Shown here: positions 51,271-64,000 of the stretch, in pieces
How the letters are laid out: each line of letters begins with the position of its first letter
Numbering within the stretch: position 1 is the stretch's first letter
Origin: Bispira polyomma
Lineage: Eukaryota
DNA: 64,000 nt
Direction: 5' to 3'
NCBI GenBank assembly: GCA_965649765.1
Contig: OZ287752.1
Span: 496,001-560,000 of the forward strand
Position numbers and translations under genes: made by a program
Notes under the pieces: model-generated
What the model saw: only the letters and a program-made list of their open reading frames with translations
What the model was told of the DNA's origin: nothing
The model's database searches: none

Positions 51271-52852
51271 GGGGCCGAGGTGGCCTAGTGGTTAGCAAGC
51301 ATTTCGCTTCACGATCACTGGTCTCTCACCTCTGAGATTGGCCGGGGTGGGTTCAAATTTCGTCAATGCCTATGTGGGACAGTCCCCATGTTTGAAAAGT
51401 AAGGTCACACAATGCAAGATTTTCTAAAGCTATTTCTGCAGAAGGTAAGGCCTAGGTATATTAAGTGTGATGTTTGATGAAAGACAGGTAGTAAAAGATT
51501 AGGTTTGAGGTTTTAGTGTTGTACATGTTAGTAATATTTACAATGTTACATAAAATATTAAAATATAATGCTTAAAATTTTGACATTTTTAACAAATTTT
51601 TAAGCCCCCTACTAAAGGGTACTAAATCATAACAAGGATAGGTCTAGCCATAAGCAATAACACAGGACTAGCCTCACAATTATAATATAAATGATTGTAC
51701 TACATAAATAGTCAGATACACCATTAAACACTATGGATATATAAATCCCATACACTAAAAGAAACTTTAACCAGTAAAATAATTCATACAAATTGTAAGT
51801 TTTAAAAGAACCACACACTTGTGCTTGCATTTAACGCTGTTTCAACTTTTAACCAGCTCTAGTTTGCCATAAATCATTACGTTTGATAGCGTTTTCTGAT
51901 GTGAGTGATGTACTTCACCCAACTTTCACACTCTATGAGGGTCGCCATAAGCGTTCCATAAATCTACATTTTTAACGTTCCCTGCCAAGTATTTTTACAC
52001 CTTAACTTTGTCATAAACCACAAATCACATATGTAGTCTAATGTCATTTGTTAATGTCTACCCCTAGCATACGTTTTCCTGAATAGAGTCTAAAACAATT
52101 TTAGTTACAAATGTGTCATTTATTTCTTAGACATTCTTGAAACCTGGTACCACAAGGTTGAAGTTGTATAAATTTTTGTAAATTTCCTTATTTACCAGTA
52201 CTTGTCCAGGTTGGAACCAAGGGACTTGGACACCCCCGCCTAGCAGGGGTAGGTCCAGCCTCTCAGAGCCCCTATTCTACCCTGGCACCCCAGTGGTTTG
52301 CTCAGGGGGAGGATTACAGCAGACTGGACCCCCCCCACACACACACACACACACACACGGCCCAAGGTTCGACCTACCCAGATCTAACTGGGATTGTAAC
52401 CTTATAAGTCCATTCTGATCTAGTGCCATGGAAGAACCTTATTCCTAGCTGTGGTAAAGGGGGAGGTGGTGGGATGCTTAAAATATTTTCTGTTGCTTCC
52501 ATGTCATTAGCAAATTTCAATATGGAATCCCTTCAAAAAGCGGGAATTAAGCTACAAGTCGCATAATCTGATTGGTCAGTTTGTGGATGGACAGACAAAA
52601 TTGTTAAGCATAGTTATGTGTAGTTCACACATTTAAGGTAGAGGTATAAACTTTGCTATGAGGACTGAATCATTAGTGCCCTAAAGTGTCCTACTAGTTA
52701 AAGGAAGTAGTTCCTTACTGTGGGCCTCTGGTTTCAGTGCAGAACCTTGATCAACTGTATGCAGTGTTTCCTCCAGCATTTCCAACTACCCGTCCCAATA
52801 TAACCTAAACAGTTACTAGAGTGGACGTTAAATATCCCAATTCAAATTCAAA
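51271..52852 (+). mobile_element. tRNA-derived SINE split by a ~1.3-kb insertion (51380-52700)
   Basis: Head 51271-51379 ends GCCTATGTGGGA, and the body resumes AAGGAAGTAGTTCCTTAC at ~52701. Partial TSD TACTTTT(T)CAT. Confidence 0.85.
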
Positions 52853-54321
52853 ATACTTTTCATTTTTACATACACCAAATGTCAGAACATTAATAATTAA
52901 TAGTTGTAACATGTTTTCCTTGGAATCTTTTGTATGCGATATTTAATGTTAGAAAGGTTTTAAAAAATACTTATATATCAGATAAAGAGTATATAGTGAT
53001 ACCTTAATTGTTAAAGAGCTTTGTGATAAGCCTGTGTGAATATAAGGTGAGCTTAGGTGGCTTCATATGACACATAGTTTTGAATGGCTCACAAATGTAG
53101 GGGCTATAATGAAGTGTACTCCTGAGAATAAGCAGGCCACAGCAATTACTATGGAAGGGACTAGGCATGCCACTTTATCAAATGATTCATACTAGTTGAT
53201 GTTGATGGATATGTAGTGTTTGGCAAATCAGGATTTATGGGTCGTTTAGCTTTGATTATTCTGCAGAACTTAGAACACCACCTGGAACATACATTATGGC
53301 CGACAAGGGATTATTTTGCAACAACAATGTAATGGTTACACTCAGACATGGAAATAACCTCCCAGACGATACGGTAGAGAGGTTGACAGCTAACTGTAAA
53401 ATTACTACTTCCAGCATGGAACATAATTGAACCAACATAAGCGAGTAATATTTTCATCACAATTGAGGTATACAAATTGTGAAAGTTTTATTGACTAGTC
53501 AGATCTATTTGTACTATCCCGATACGTTTGATACATCAGTGTATATGTAGGATTATGCTTTAGTAATAAGCTCTACATGTTAGGCTCACCAGGTATATGT
53601 ATCTGGCCTACATTATATTTTAGAAGTCAATTGATCGAGGCAATGTATGTTTAGTGTGTAGTGTATCAGTGTGACCTCTGTTTGACTCTGACCTTAAAAA
53701 TATTGCACAGCTTATGCTTCAGAATGGTAAAAGTCCTTTAAAATATTGCACAGCTTATGCTTGATAATGGTAAAAGTAATTTAAAATATAGCACTTGAGA
53801 ATGGTAAAGTTCCTATTTGCCTTTCAGGCTGGGTTATGGCATGGCCTTAGTTAGAGCATAGATTTAAATTGGAGTTGAATATTTCAGTTCATGGCTGCAA
53901 AGTTTCAGTATCTCTGACACTATTTTATATTTCTTTCGTATATAATTGCAGAAAATGAGCAAGTTTGAGTCTATGAAGAACACCAAACAAAGGAGCTTAA
54001 AGTCTACCAATTGGAATACATCAATACATGAGGAAATAAAACATTGTTCCTGTCATAGCTAATGTTCTAACAGTCCTGTTTTTTTCTAGGATTATTACCC
54101 TTTGTAATACAAGAGCAACTATATTAATTTATGTTGAATGGAAGTGACTGATTCCCTATTACAATTAAACGAATGAGCAATTAAGTTAACATTACTGGAT
54201 ATATTTGAATTACTACATTTAAATTGAATAAAAACAGGCAAGTCATCAACCAATAAATGTAAGTATCTAGAGTGTGTTTGAAATGTTAAACAATATATGC
54301 ATACCTTTTCTCCATTCATTG

Positions 54322-54527
54322 TACTCACCTCTGGAGATCGAATGGTCGCGAGTTCGCCTCCTGTCGATGTCTATGTAGAAAAGGTGGTAGTTCCTTACTG
54401 TAGACAGCTGGTTTCAGTTCAGAACCTTGATCAACTGTATGCAACGTTTCCTCCAGCGTTCGTACTATCCGTCCAAATATAACCAAACTAAAGGTATTAC
54501 AGTGGACGTTAAAAATTCAAATTCCAT
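54322..54527 (+). mobile_element. 5'-eroded SINE of the same family
   Basis: GGTGGTAGTTCCTTACTG..GAACCTTGATCAACTGTATGC..GTGGACGTTAAA. Confidence 0.8.
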
Positions 54528-54959
54528 TCACTGTAAAAAAGTGACATAAAACTACTTTCAAAATCCTATAAGACACTTTGATATAATGTCATATAGAAAC
54601 TTTTATATAAGATATACATTATTTTAACATGGGAATACATATATATATTTAGTATACTGTGAAGCGATACTCTAACTTTGTTTATAACTTCATTAATGTC
54701 CAATCCATTTAAATTAGAGCCTATAACATGACCTTATTGTACAGCTTTATCTGGTCTTTTTATAAAGACACTGTTGTGTTAAACTTAAGTTATTAGTAGA
54801 GTTATCTTTATGAGTGATGAAATGTCAGTATCGGTAAGAACTTGTATCATCAGTTGTTTGCCAAAAGGAGATAAACCTTGAGAATTTTTGGAGAATTAGC
54901 GTCTGATCACTTTGCTTTCAGTCCTATATAAACTTGCCTCTGCAACAATTACAACCCGT

Positions 54960-57228
54960 TTAAAGAAGGTACTAAATAAAGAAAGTATTAAATAAAGAAG
55001 GTACTAATCAAAGAAAGTACTAAATAATAAAGAAGGTATTAAATAAAGAAGGTACTAAATAATAAAGAAGGTATTAAATAAAGAACGTACTAAATAAAGA
55101 AAGTACTAAATAAAGAAGGTACTAATCAAAGAAAGTACTGAATAATAAAGAAGGTATTAAATAAAGAAGGTACTGAATAAAGAAGGTATTAAATAAAAAA
55201 GGTACTAAATAAAGAAGGTATTAAATAAATAAGGTACTAAATGAAGAACGCATTGCATTGTATTGTACATTTTTAACGCACCTTATTAATGCTAGGCATC
55301 TTCTGAGGCGCAACATCAGAAAAATTAGCCAATAGAAAAATGAAAAAACATAGCCAGGTCGTAAGGATGGATGTGTCAGCACCCAGGAAGAGGACTATGG
55401 CGGATAGGCGAGTCTGAAGAGGTAGGTTTGAAGTTTTTTCCTAAAACCAGAAAGTGTATCGAGCAGTCCAAGTTCAACTGGAAGACTGTTCCATAACATA
55501 AAGAGGGTGACCGAGAAGGCTCTAGATCCAACCCTCTTGGGGGGTTTCTTAGAGGAATCAGAGAGTCTTTTTCCCTTTTAAAGCTGCTAAAGGAGAGCTT
55601 AGTAGCGAGGTAGTGAGGCTGTTGAGAGACGACAGCTTTAAAAATGGTTATGTGCATTTTGAACAGGATTCGATAGTGAATAGGAAGCCAGTGAAGTTTC
55701 TTGAGGTATGAAGTGACATCAGTACGAATTTCCAAACGAAAGATGACTCTACATAGATAGTTTTGAATGGACTTGTTAATGTGGGACTTATTGGCTCCAT
55801 ACAGAAGACAATTACAGTAGTCAAGGCGGCTATTTACAAGAGCATTGGCCACAGTGATAGCAGTATCTAGTCACAGATAATTTCTGATTCTTTTGAGGTT
55901 CCGAATGTGATAGTAACAAAAGCGGCGGATGCTGTTAATGTGAGGAAGAAATGAAAAAGCAGGTTCGATAGTGACACCTATGTTTTTGACCTGGTCTGAA
56001 GGTTGAATCTCATTGCCCTGTAGTGTGATTGGGAAAAGTGATCTTAAGTATTCACTGTGTTTCTTATTTCCAATTAGGATGAATTCAGTTTTGTCAGGGT
56101 TTAGTTTCAGTTGGAGTAGTTCATCCACGCCTGAACTAAGGGGAGAGGTATAAAATAAAGAAGGTATTAAATAAAAAAGTTATTAAATAAAGAAGGTATT
56201 AAATGATGAAAGTACTAATTAAATAAAGTACTAAATAAAAAATGTACTATATAATAAAGAAGGTATTAAATAAAGAATGTACTAAATAAAGAAAGTATGA
56301 AAGAAAGAAGGTATTAAATAAAAAAGGTACTAAATAAAGAAGGTATTAAATAAAGAAAGTATTAAATAAAGAATGTATTAAATAAAGAATGTACTAAATA
56401 ATGAATGTACTAAATAATAAAGAGGATATTAAATAAAGAAGGTATTAAATAAAGAAGGTATTAAATGAAGAAGGTATTAAATAAAGAAGGTATTAAATAA
56501 AAAATGTACTAAATAAAGAAGGTACTAAATAAGGAAGGTATTAAATAAAGAAGGTACTTAATAAAGAAGGTACTAAATAAAAAGGTATTAAATAAAAAAA
56601 GGTACTAAATAAAGAAGGTACTAAATGAAGAAGGTATTAAATAAGGAAGGTACTAAATAAAGAAGGAATTAAATAAAGAAAGTATTAAATAAAGAATGTA
56701 TTAAATAAAGAATGTACTAAATATAGAATGTACTAAATAATAAAGAGGGTATTAAATAAAGAAGGTATTAAATAAAGAAGGTATTAAATAAAAAGGTACT
56801 AAATAAAGAAGGTACTTAATAAAGAAGGTATTAAATAAAGAAGGTATTAAATAAAAGAGGTACTAAATAAAGAAGGTACTAAATAAAGAAGGTATTAAAT
56901 AAAGAAGGTATTAAATAAAGAAGGTACTAAATCAAGTAGGTACTTAATAAAGAAGGTACTAAATAAAAAAGTATTAAATAAAGAAGGTACTAAATAAAGT
57001 AGGTATTAAATAAAGAAGGTATTAAATAAGGAAGGTACTAAATAAAGAAGGTATTAAATAAAAAAGGTACTAAATAAAGAAGGTACTTAATACAGAAGGT
57101 ACGTAATACAGAAGGTACTTAATACAGAATGTGGTAAATTTAATACAGAATGTATTAACTGAAGAAGGTATTTAATACAGAATGTATTAAATAAAGAAGG
57201 TACTAAATGAAGAAGGTACTAAATAAAT
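54960..57228. repeat. 16-bp minisatellite array interrupted by a LINE
   Basis: Unit TAAATAAAGAAGGTA(C/T) at 54960-55250 and 56150-57228. Confidence 0.95.
55265..56145 (-). mobile_element. LINE 3' portion (second CR1/L2-group family)
   Basis: LKLNPDKTEFILIG, ANALVNSRLDYCN, LKKLHWLPI. Confidence 0.9.
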
Positions 57229-57720
57229 CCCAAACATGGTTTATCAGTGGAAGGTTTATTGGGGAGAGTACAAGACATATCATGCATCATTTGAAGAAAA
57301 ACGAAAAATACAGGATCTACTTATGCTTGTTGACTTCAAAAAAGAGTTTGACTCTGTCTCATGGGTTTTTCTGTCAGGAATAGTTTCTGCAAATGGATCA
57401 AGTTCTTAAGCAATAATATAAAGACAATAATAATATCAGGTTTCTTGTTTAAGTTTTTTGACATGCAGAGGGGTTGTAGACAAGGAGAACCTATAGCTTG
57501 ATATTTATTTTATTATGTGCAGAAGGTTTATTTCTTATGGTTTATAATAACATAAGCATTAAAAGAATTATAATTAATAAACATTATTATAAAATCACAC
57601 AGTTTGCTGATAAAACCAAAATAATGTGGCTATGGAAACAAAGCAATAACTAGAATATTTTAAAATTAAATGACGTTTAAAAATATTCCTGGCTAAATTT
57701 GATATAAAGGGATATCCTTG
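57225..57720 (+). mobile_element. L1/Tx1-like RT fragment
   Basis: GFISGRFIGE, LLMLVDFKKEFDSVSW, QRGCRQGEPI, ITQFAD. Confidence 0.78.
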
Positions 57721-58440
57721 TGACAAACCAATCCTTCCTCTGTATTTGAAATCATTTCTTAATTCTAATAACGATAGTGGTAACAGAATGACTTCAAAAT
57801 TTACCGGATCAGAAAATATTTAATTGTTTCTGTTTTATCGAAGTTCATTTAGCACCATTAAAGCACAACTGATAGGTTTTATTACTTTTCTGGCTTAACA
57901 TGCAAATAGTAATTTTAGCACCTTTAAAATCGGAAAGCTTTTAGGTTTAACCCATTAATTAATAGATGCAGAATTAATAAAAGAATGTCCTTTTCTTTGT
58001 AAGCCATATTTATTTCAGTTGTTAGGCAATTGATGACACCACCCGAATCCACCTACAGAAAAAAGATTAAAAGAATTTATTGTAGTATATTATCTCTCTG
58101 CTGCTTTAAACTGATTCATTGGTGGTATAGTTTAATAGGCTGCTGTATTATAACTACAAATCTTAATCTGCAAACCTACAGTAATGTAACATTTACAAAA
58201 AGCAAGAAACTGTGAGGGGACATTAATTCTAGCACTCTTTCAGTTATTTAGGTGTGTACTCCTAACTCTCTTATGTGCTCTTACAATTTTCCACAGCAAG
58301 ATATTGACATAAACCCTGACGGGCATAGATACCAGCATGCAATATGTCAAAGCCAAACCTATTTGAATTAAAGAAACTAAGTATTATATTACTATCTAAA
58401 GGTATGTACTCTACTGTGTGAAATTTTTCTTCAATGATCT

Positions 58441-61062
58441 TTAAAATTCACACAGCCATAAAGAGCGCTTAACGAGCAGCTGCGACGTAAAAACTTAGAT
58501 AGGTTGCTGGAAGTCTTTTGTTATCTTTAAATTCCCTTGCTTTCGATTCGTGGAGGTTGCTAGAGGTTGGGCTAGATCCTTGATGATCTTTAAAAGGTTC
58601 CACTCGTGAAAAGGTTACTTTATTTACAAGTGATTCTTCTCTATGATCCATGTGGTTGCTGAAGGTCTTTGTTTGATCTCCTACTGGTCTGCAATAGGTT
58701 CTTTAGAACGTGCCTCTTCTGTGCCGGAAGTTTTCACAGGTTTTTGGTTGTCTTTAACTGGTTTTTGATATTTTTAATCGGTAACTCATCTTAAATATGT
58801 CGCCCACCAGTCTGAAGATGTCAGCAAGACGGCTAGTAATCCCTAATCGGTTGTGCAAACAATCCCGGAGCAGACACATCACCTGTTGCCGACATGTCTA
58901 GCATCAAAAGAAAATCCCTGACGGGTATTCATTGATCTTCATTCAGTCTCTAACCAGTCTGCCACTAATCCTCAAGTGGACTTGCTACCACTCACCACTT
59001 ATCGCCGACCAATCAAATTATCAGAGAACGCTGTTCTATTATTTGAAAAGCCCTGCCCACCCGTCGGCGACCAATCAGAAACCTCTCGCAGAGCAACTAA
59101 AGACCAAAAAAAGACTGGTCTGCGATAGGTCTCACAGGGTATAAATCGGGGGTCTTTGCTATTCGGCGATCAGTTTCATGAAGTCTTTAGGTGTACGCGG
59201 ACGTTTTCTACCACTGGATATTATAGATTTTGAGTTGTTTTTACTGTTTAAAACTGTTATTTGGATAAGATAATGCCTCCTAAAGTGATTACTAAAAAGG
59301 GGAGGGGAAGAAGAAGGGAGACTCTGAGGAACTTCTTCTGTCTCAGGAACCCATGTTTCAGGAAGAAACTGAGTTGGCTGGGGCTGTGTTAAAGATTACT
59401 GAAGCCAATATCACAGCTGAGGGTGACAATACTGGCACCATTGTACCATAGGCTCAATCAAGACACAGCTCTAACTGAGGGAGGACCTACCACTGTTACT
59501 ACACAGACTGAAACCACTCTGGTGAAGGGGATATTTGCCTCACTGACCAAATGTCTGAAGAGCAAGAGCAGCAATTGGTGGACTTCTTTCCGGCACGGCC
59601 TTAGTTCTACGACCAGTCACTGAGGGACTTCAAGAACAGGGCCAAGAACTCTCAGTGCTGGCCAAACAAGGAGAAATTATGGGGCTCACTGATAAGTTGC
59701 ATTTATATCTAACTAAAATTGTGACTGTATATATTTCAGTTTGACCAATGTGTAATTATGTAATTCACTTCAGCATAAAAATATCAAATTACTGTCACTA
59801 AATTTTTTTTATATAATTTTTTTATCCGGCTTGTTTCTAGTAATAACTTACATTACTGTATAATTCAAATTGTGGATGCATGTATTTCAACTTTAGATTG
59901 GTTAAGATTGTATTTAATTTTAAGAATGTTTACAAATGTTATTTTCCGGCTTCTTGCTAGTAATAACTTAATGTATGATAATGTATAATTAATACCTAAT
60001 TTAATTTTAAGAAAGTTGTCAAATGTCAAATGTTATTCTCCGGGTTATTGCTACTAATAACTTACATTAACGTATAATTAATACCTAATTACAAGTGTAA
60101 TTGCATGTGTTTTAGCTTAACAGTATTATTGGAATGACCAGTAACCAGTAATTATGTACTGTAACCTGCGATCAGGTGCAGGTGTCTGCGGCCAACAACC
60201 CCAGAAGGTCCTCCTGCCACTGGATTGGGCTGGAGTCGGAAGGTTTCACAGCCCAGCAGTGGGATACTTTTATGCAGGAGACCTTTCAGGCCATGATGAG
60301 GCAAAAGACGGCCAACCGGCCACCTATACAGCGGCCGTCACCCCAACATGTCTTCTCACAGCCTATAGTGCAGCCTGCCTCTGCACCGCCTGGCCAACAT
60401 TGAGAACGCCTGGCCTACATTGAGACCATCCACACCACCAAATATCTGGTCCCCACCCATACCAAAGAACCAACAGCACAACCTATCACAGAGCAGTTTT
60501 GGGACACTGAACACTTCTGGCATATTGGACATGCTGGACAGCTACCAAGGCCCCCAGAGGACATCTCAAAATCAGCCCACTTGAACGACTGAGGCTGGCA
60601 CTGTAGATGTGGTGACGTACATGTATGCGGGTGACCAGAGTAGTGGTGGCCAGGAACAGCAGTAGGCGGGGGACATTGGTGGTAGTGTGACTGTTATGGG
60701 GTTGAGGTGGGGAGGGTAGTGGGAACTGTGCACTTTGGGCATTTGTGACAATTCTGACTGTGACCTATGCATGTATGTTATATTAAGGTGGATGTTATTT
60801 TGTTAAATAAATTAATTTTATGTTATTTACAGGCTTTTCTTACTTGAAATATATTATTGTATTTAACATTTCAAAATTAAACTTGTTCATATTTGTCGAC
60901 TGGTCTTACAGCAAACTTGCAACTGGTCATAATCGGTGACGGAAATTCCAGTGTGACTGCCACTAAAAATTAGTAAGACCTGGGTCTTTGGTCTCATACA
61001 GTCTTAATAATAATTACGTTTTAGATGGTCTTTAGGAGCTCTTAACCTGTATAATTAGGGCT
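58441..61062 (+). mobile_element. Decayed PIF/Harbinger-like transposon derivative carrying a MADF/Myb-like pseudogene
   Basis: Imperfect ~45-bp inverted termini (AATTCACACAG..AAGAGCGCTTAACGAGCAGCT..ACGTAA versus the reverse complement of 61015-61062). Right end GGGCT|TAA. MSEEQEQQLVDFFPARP*FYDQSLRDFKNRAK at ~59552-59646. Confidence 0.62.
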
Positions 61063-62033
61063 TAAGTCTTGTGATTTTGAGTAGCTGATGGTGCAAAGAG
61101 CCATGCCAACATTATGAACTTTAAAATAGTTGTAGATTTTTGAGATGATCCAGTTGGTACATAGACAAAGATCCAACTTTACAACTCCGCTAGCATAAAA
61201 AAATAATGTCAATGTCTTAGAAATGTTTTGGCGGCCAAAATTTCCTTACTCTTAAGTTTATTACAGTCAGTCCGTTTGGCTTTAGTGTGATATTGATTAA
61301 TGATGGTAAAAAATATCAACTGCGCTATTTGTGCTATGGGTCAGGAAGGTCAAAATGATATTTTTGAAATTTTTTGCCCTATCACTTGTAATGTATGTTG
61401 GAAAGTCGTCTGAGTTACTTTACTCTGAGAGGAGAGATCTTCTTTTGCTTTTTGTTTCACTCGTTGTCCATGTTTCAGTAGACCATGTCTGCCTAGCCTT
61501 AGAAGTCACATGTAAGGTGACAGACTGTGTACCACCAGACAAGTAGGACCAAAACCACTGAAGACCTCCAGATTGTTTGGAATGACATGTTCTCGGAGCT
61601 GTTCTGAAACTGCTTTGTGAAGCACCAGTTACATATTGTTTAGATTTAAGATGTATTCTTGGCTTACCTTACAATGAATCCATTGGATGGCAGTGACAGC
61701 TTTGAAAGTGTCCATAACAGAGACATTGTTTTTGAATGACCAGCAGGCTCCAGAACATATACACAATTCTCATGAAAGTCAATGCCAAACAGTTTAACAA
61801 TACAAAAACCTTGAAAATTGGTTGATTGACAAATCATAAAATGGTGTGATCTTGGAATGTGGTAACTCTTAACGCATATTTTGATAAAATTCGGTCTTTA
61901 GAAATGACACATACCCAAACTTTGGCATAGTTTTATTTTTTGTCGTAAATGAAAGTTTTACAAACAAAATGGAACTAAAATTTATATATACAAGATAAGG
62001 TAAACGATATACCATAAAAAAGAGAGACATAAA

Positions 62034-62990
62034 GTTAATTAGCACAAACAGACTGAATCATAAAATCTGTGTAAGATCTGGTAGGCATAAATACAGGTGT
62101 ACATGTCAACTATAAAGGTGTCTAAGATCTGGAAGGTATAAATACAGGTGTACATGTCAACTATACAGGTATGTAAGATCTGTTGGGTACAAATACAGGT
62201 GTACATGTCAACTATAAAGGTGTGTAAGATCTGGTAGGTATAAATACAGGTGTACATGTCAACTATAAAGGTGTCTAAGATCTGGAAGGTATAAATACAG
62301 GTGTACATGTCAACTATACAGGTATGCAGGATCTGTTGGGTACAAATACAGGTGTACATGTCAACTATAAAGGTGTGTAAGATCTGGTAGGTATAAATAC
62401 AGGTGTACATGTCAACTATACAGGTGTGTAAGATCTGGTAGGTATAAATACAGGTGTACATTTCAACAATAAAGGTGTGTAAGATCTGGTAGGTATAAAT
62501 ACAGGTGTACATGTCAACTATACAGGTGTGTGAGGTCTTGTAGGTGCAAATACAGGTATCCAGTTAATTAGCACAAACAGACTGAATCATAAAATGAATT
62601 TCTGACACAGAAAGGGCTTTCCTAAGACGATGAGTGGGTAGATACATTATATAAACTATAAAGGTGTGTAAGATGGAATGTGGTAACTCAAATACAGGTG
62701 TACATGTCAACTATACAGGTGTGTAAGATCTTGTAGGTATAAATACAGGTGTACATGTCAACTATACAGGTGTGTAAGATCTGGTAGGTATAAATACAGG
62801 TGTACATGTCAACTATACAGATGTGTAAGATCTGGTAGGTATAAATACAGGTGTACATGTCATCTATTAAGGTGTGTAAGATCTGGTAGGTATAAATACA
62901 GGTGTACATGTCAACTATACAGGTGTGTGAGGTTTTGTAGGTGCAAATACAGGTATCCAGTTAATTAGCACAAACCGACTGAATCATAAC
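62034..62990. repeat. 51-bp minisatellite in two blocks bounded by a 30-bp motif present three times
   Basis: Unit ATAAATACAGGTGTACATGTCAACTATA(A/C)AGGTGTGTAAGATCTGGTAGGT. GTTAATTAGCACAAAC(A/C)GACTGAATCATAA at ~62034, 62563 and 62960. Confidence 0.95.
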
Positions 62991-64000
62991 TCAGTGCACC
63001 ATTTCACACAGACATTTGGAGTATTATACAACTTCTACAAATAGTAAGTTTTCTCAATAACTGACAATTAACCAATATAGGCATATCTTTTGAGTGAGTC
63101 ACAAAGTGGCACAACTTTGTGAGACACTTACTTCATAAATAAAGAACATCAAAGATTAGATCTATGCATTCTGGAAACCTGGAAACTAATAGTTTACAAC
63201 ACAACTTGAAGTCCCTATACAATTCACTTGATAACGTTAGATTTAAGCTACAATACATATATTTATGCTCTCCTCCCCCCCCCCCCCCCCCCCTCTTATA
63301 TTGATTTCCCCAACTAAAACGTTGTCCAAACTTTAACGTACTTGATCCAAACATTGGTACTTAATCCTTTACACGCCTGAGTCCCCCCCCCCACCCCCAC
63401 CTCCCCCCCCCCCCCCCCATTTGGTGAAGACACACATACATATATCTGAACTGTGTTGTTGTTTGATGTCAATACTATCAGGATCTCAGTGATATTATCT
63501 AATAGTATATATCTTCCTTTAGTGGTGGCGGGATAAGCTTTAAGATATCATTGTAATTCAGATATGGAGGGATATTAAGATGTCGTGGTTTAATATTTCA
63601 GCACTAAAGGACGAGTGTGGGGTCTGTGGTTATTACTTACTATTATTAATTTCTATAATGTAGAAAAGAAAACTTTCACAGGGAACTATTTTGACTTATT
63701 TTTGCTGATATGAGTTTTAATTAATACCGAGAGAAAGTTTACTTTAATGACTAGATCGTAGCCAATAATCAACAAATATTTCCAGTGAAGTTTTGCTGTG
63801 GCAAATATGTTTTATATTGATTATTTAGTATATATATATATTTTTTTTTATTATTTATCCAGAGTACACACTAAATTAGTGTATACAATTATATACTCGA
63901 AATATATATCTAATATATATATTTATTATAATGTATAATCAGTTTGACATCTATGGAGGAGATCATGTTTGTCCCTGTCTTAGTTGGGTATTAGGTGTCT

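Overview
AT-rich, repeat-dense eukaryotic (animal) genomic DNA with one short assembly gap. A lophotrochozoan/mollusc-like origin is my inference from repeat style only. The one host gene is a complete, frame-consistent 22-exon DEG/ENaC channel on the minus strand (35273->12327, 2664 nt, 887 aa by my splice reconstruction). Its extracellular finger region carries a furin-type site, then two tandem [betagamma-crystallin-like + Sushi/CCP] modules and a Ser/Thr stalk, all on symmetric phase 1-1 exons, and it ends in a PPPY motif. Many of its splice junctions are locally duplicated or expanded into minisatellites. The left end holds a three-level retroelement nest: a solo LTR (5-bp TSD) inside a near-complete Ngaro/DIRS tyrosine-recombinase retrotransposon (A1-gag-pol-YR-B1A2-B2), which sits without a TSD inside an older element of the same class. 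Both YR elements keep a phase-1 splice acceptor at the same position before the recombinase frame. The right half is LINEs (CR1/L2-group and L1/Tx1-like, nested), tRNA-derived SINEs, a Harbinger-like relic with a MADF remnant, a MITE and minisatellites. All calls were made by eye, with no database searches.
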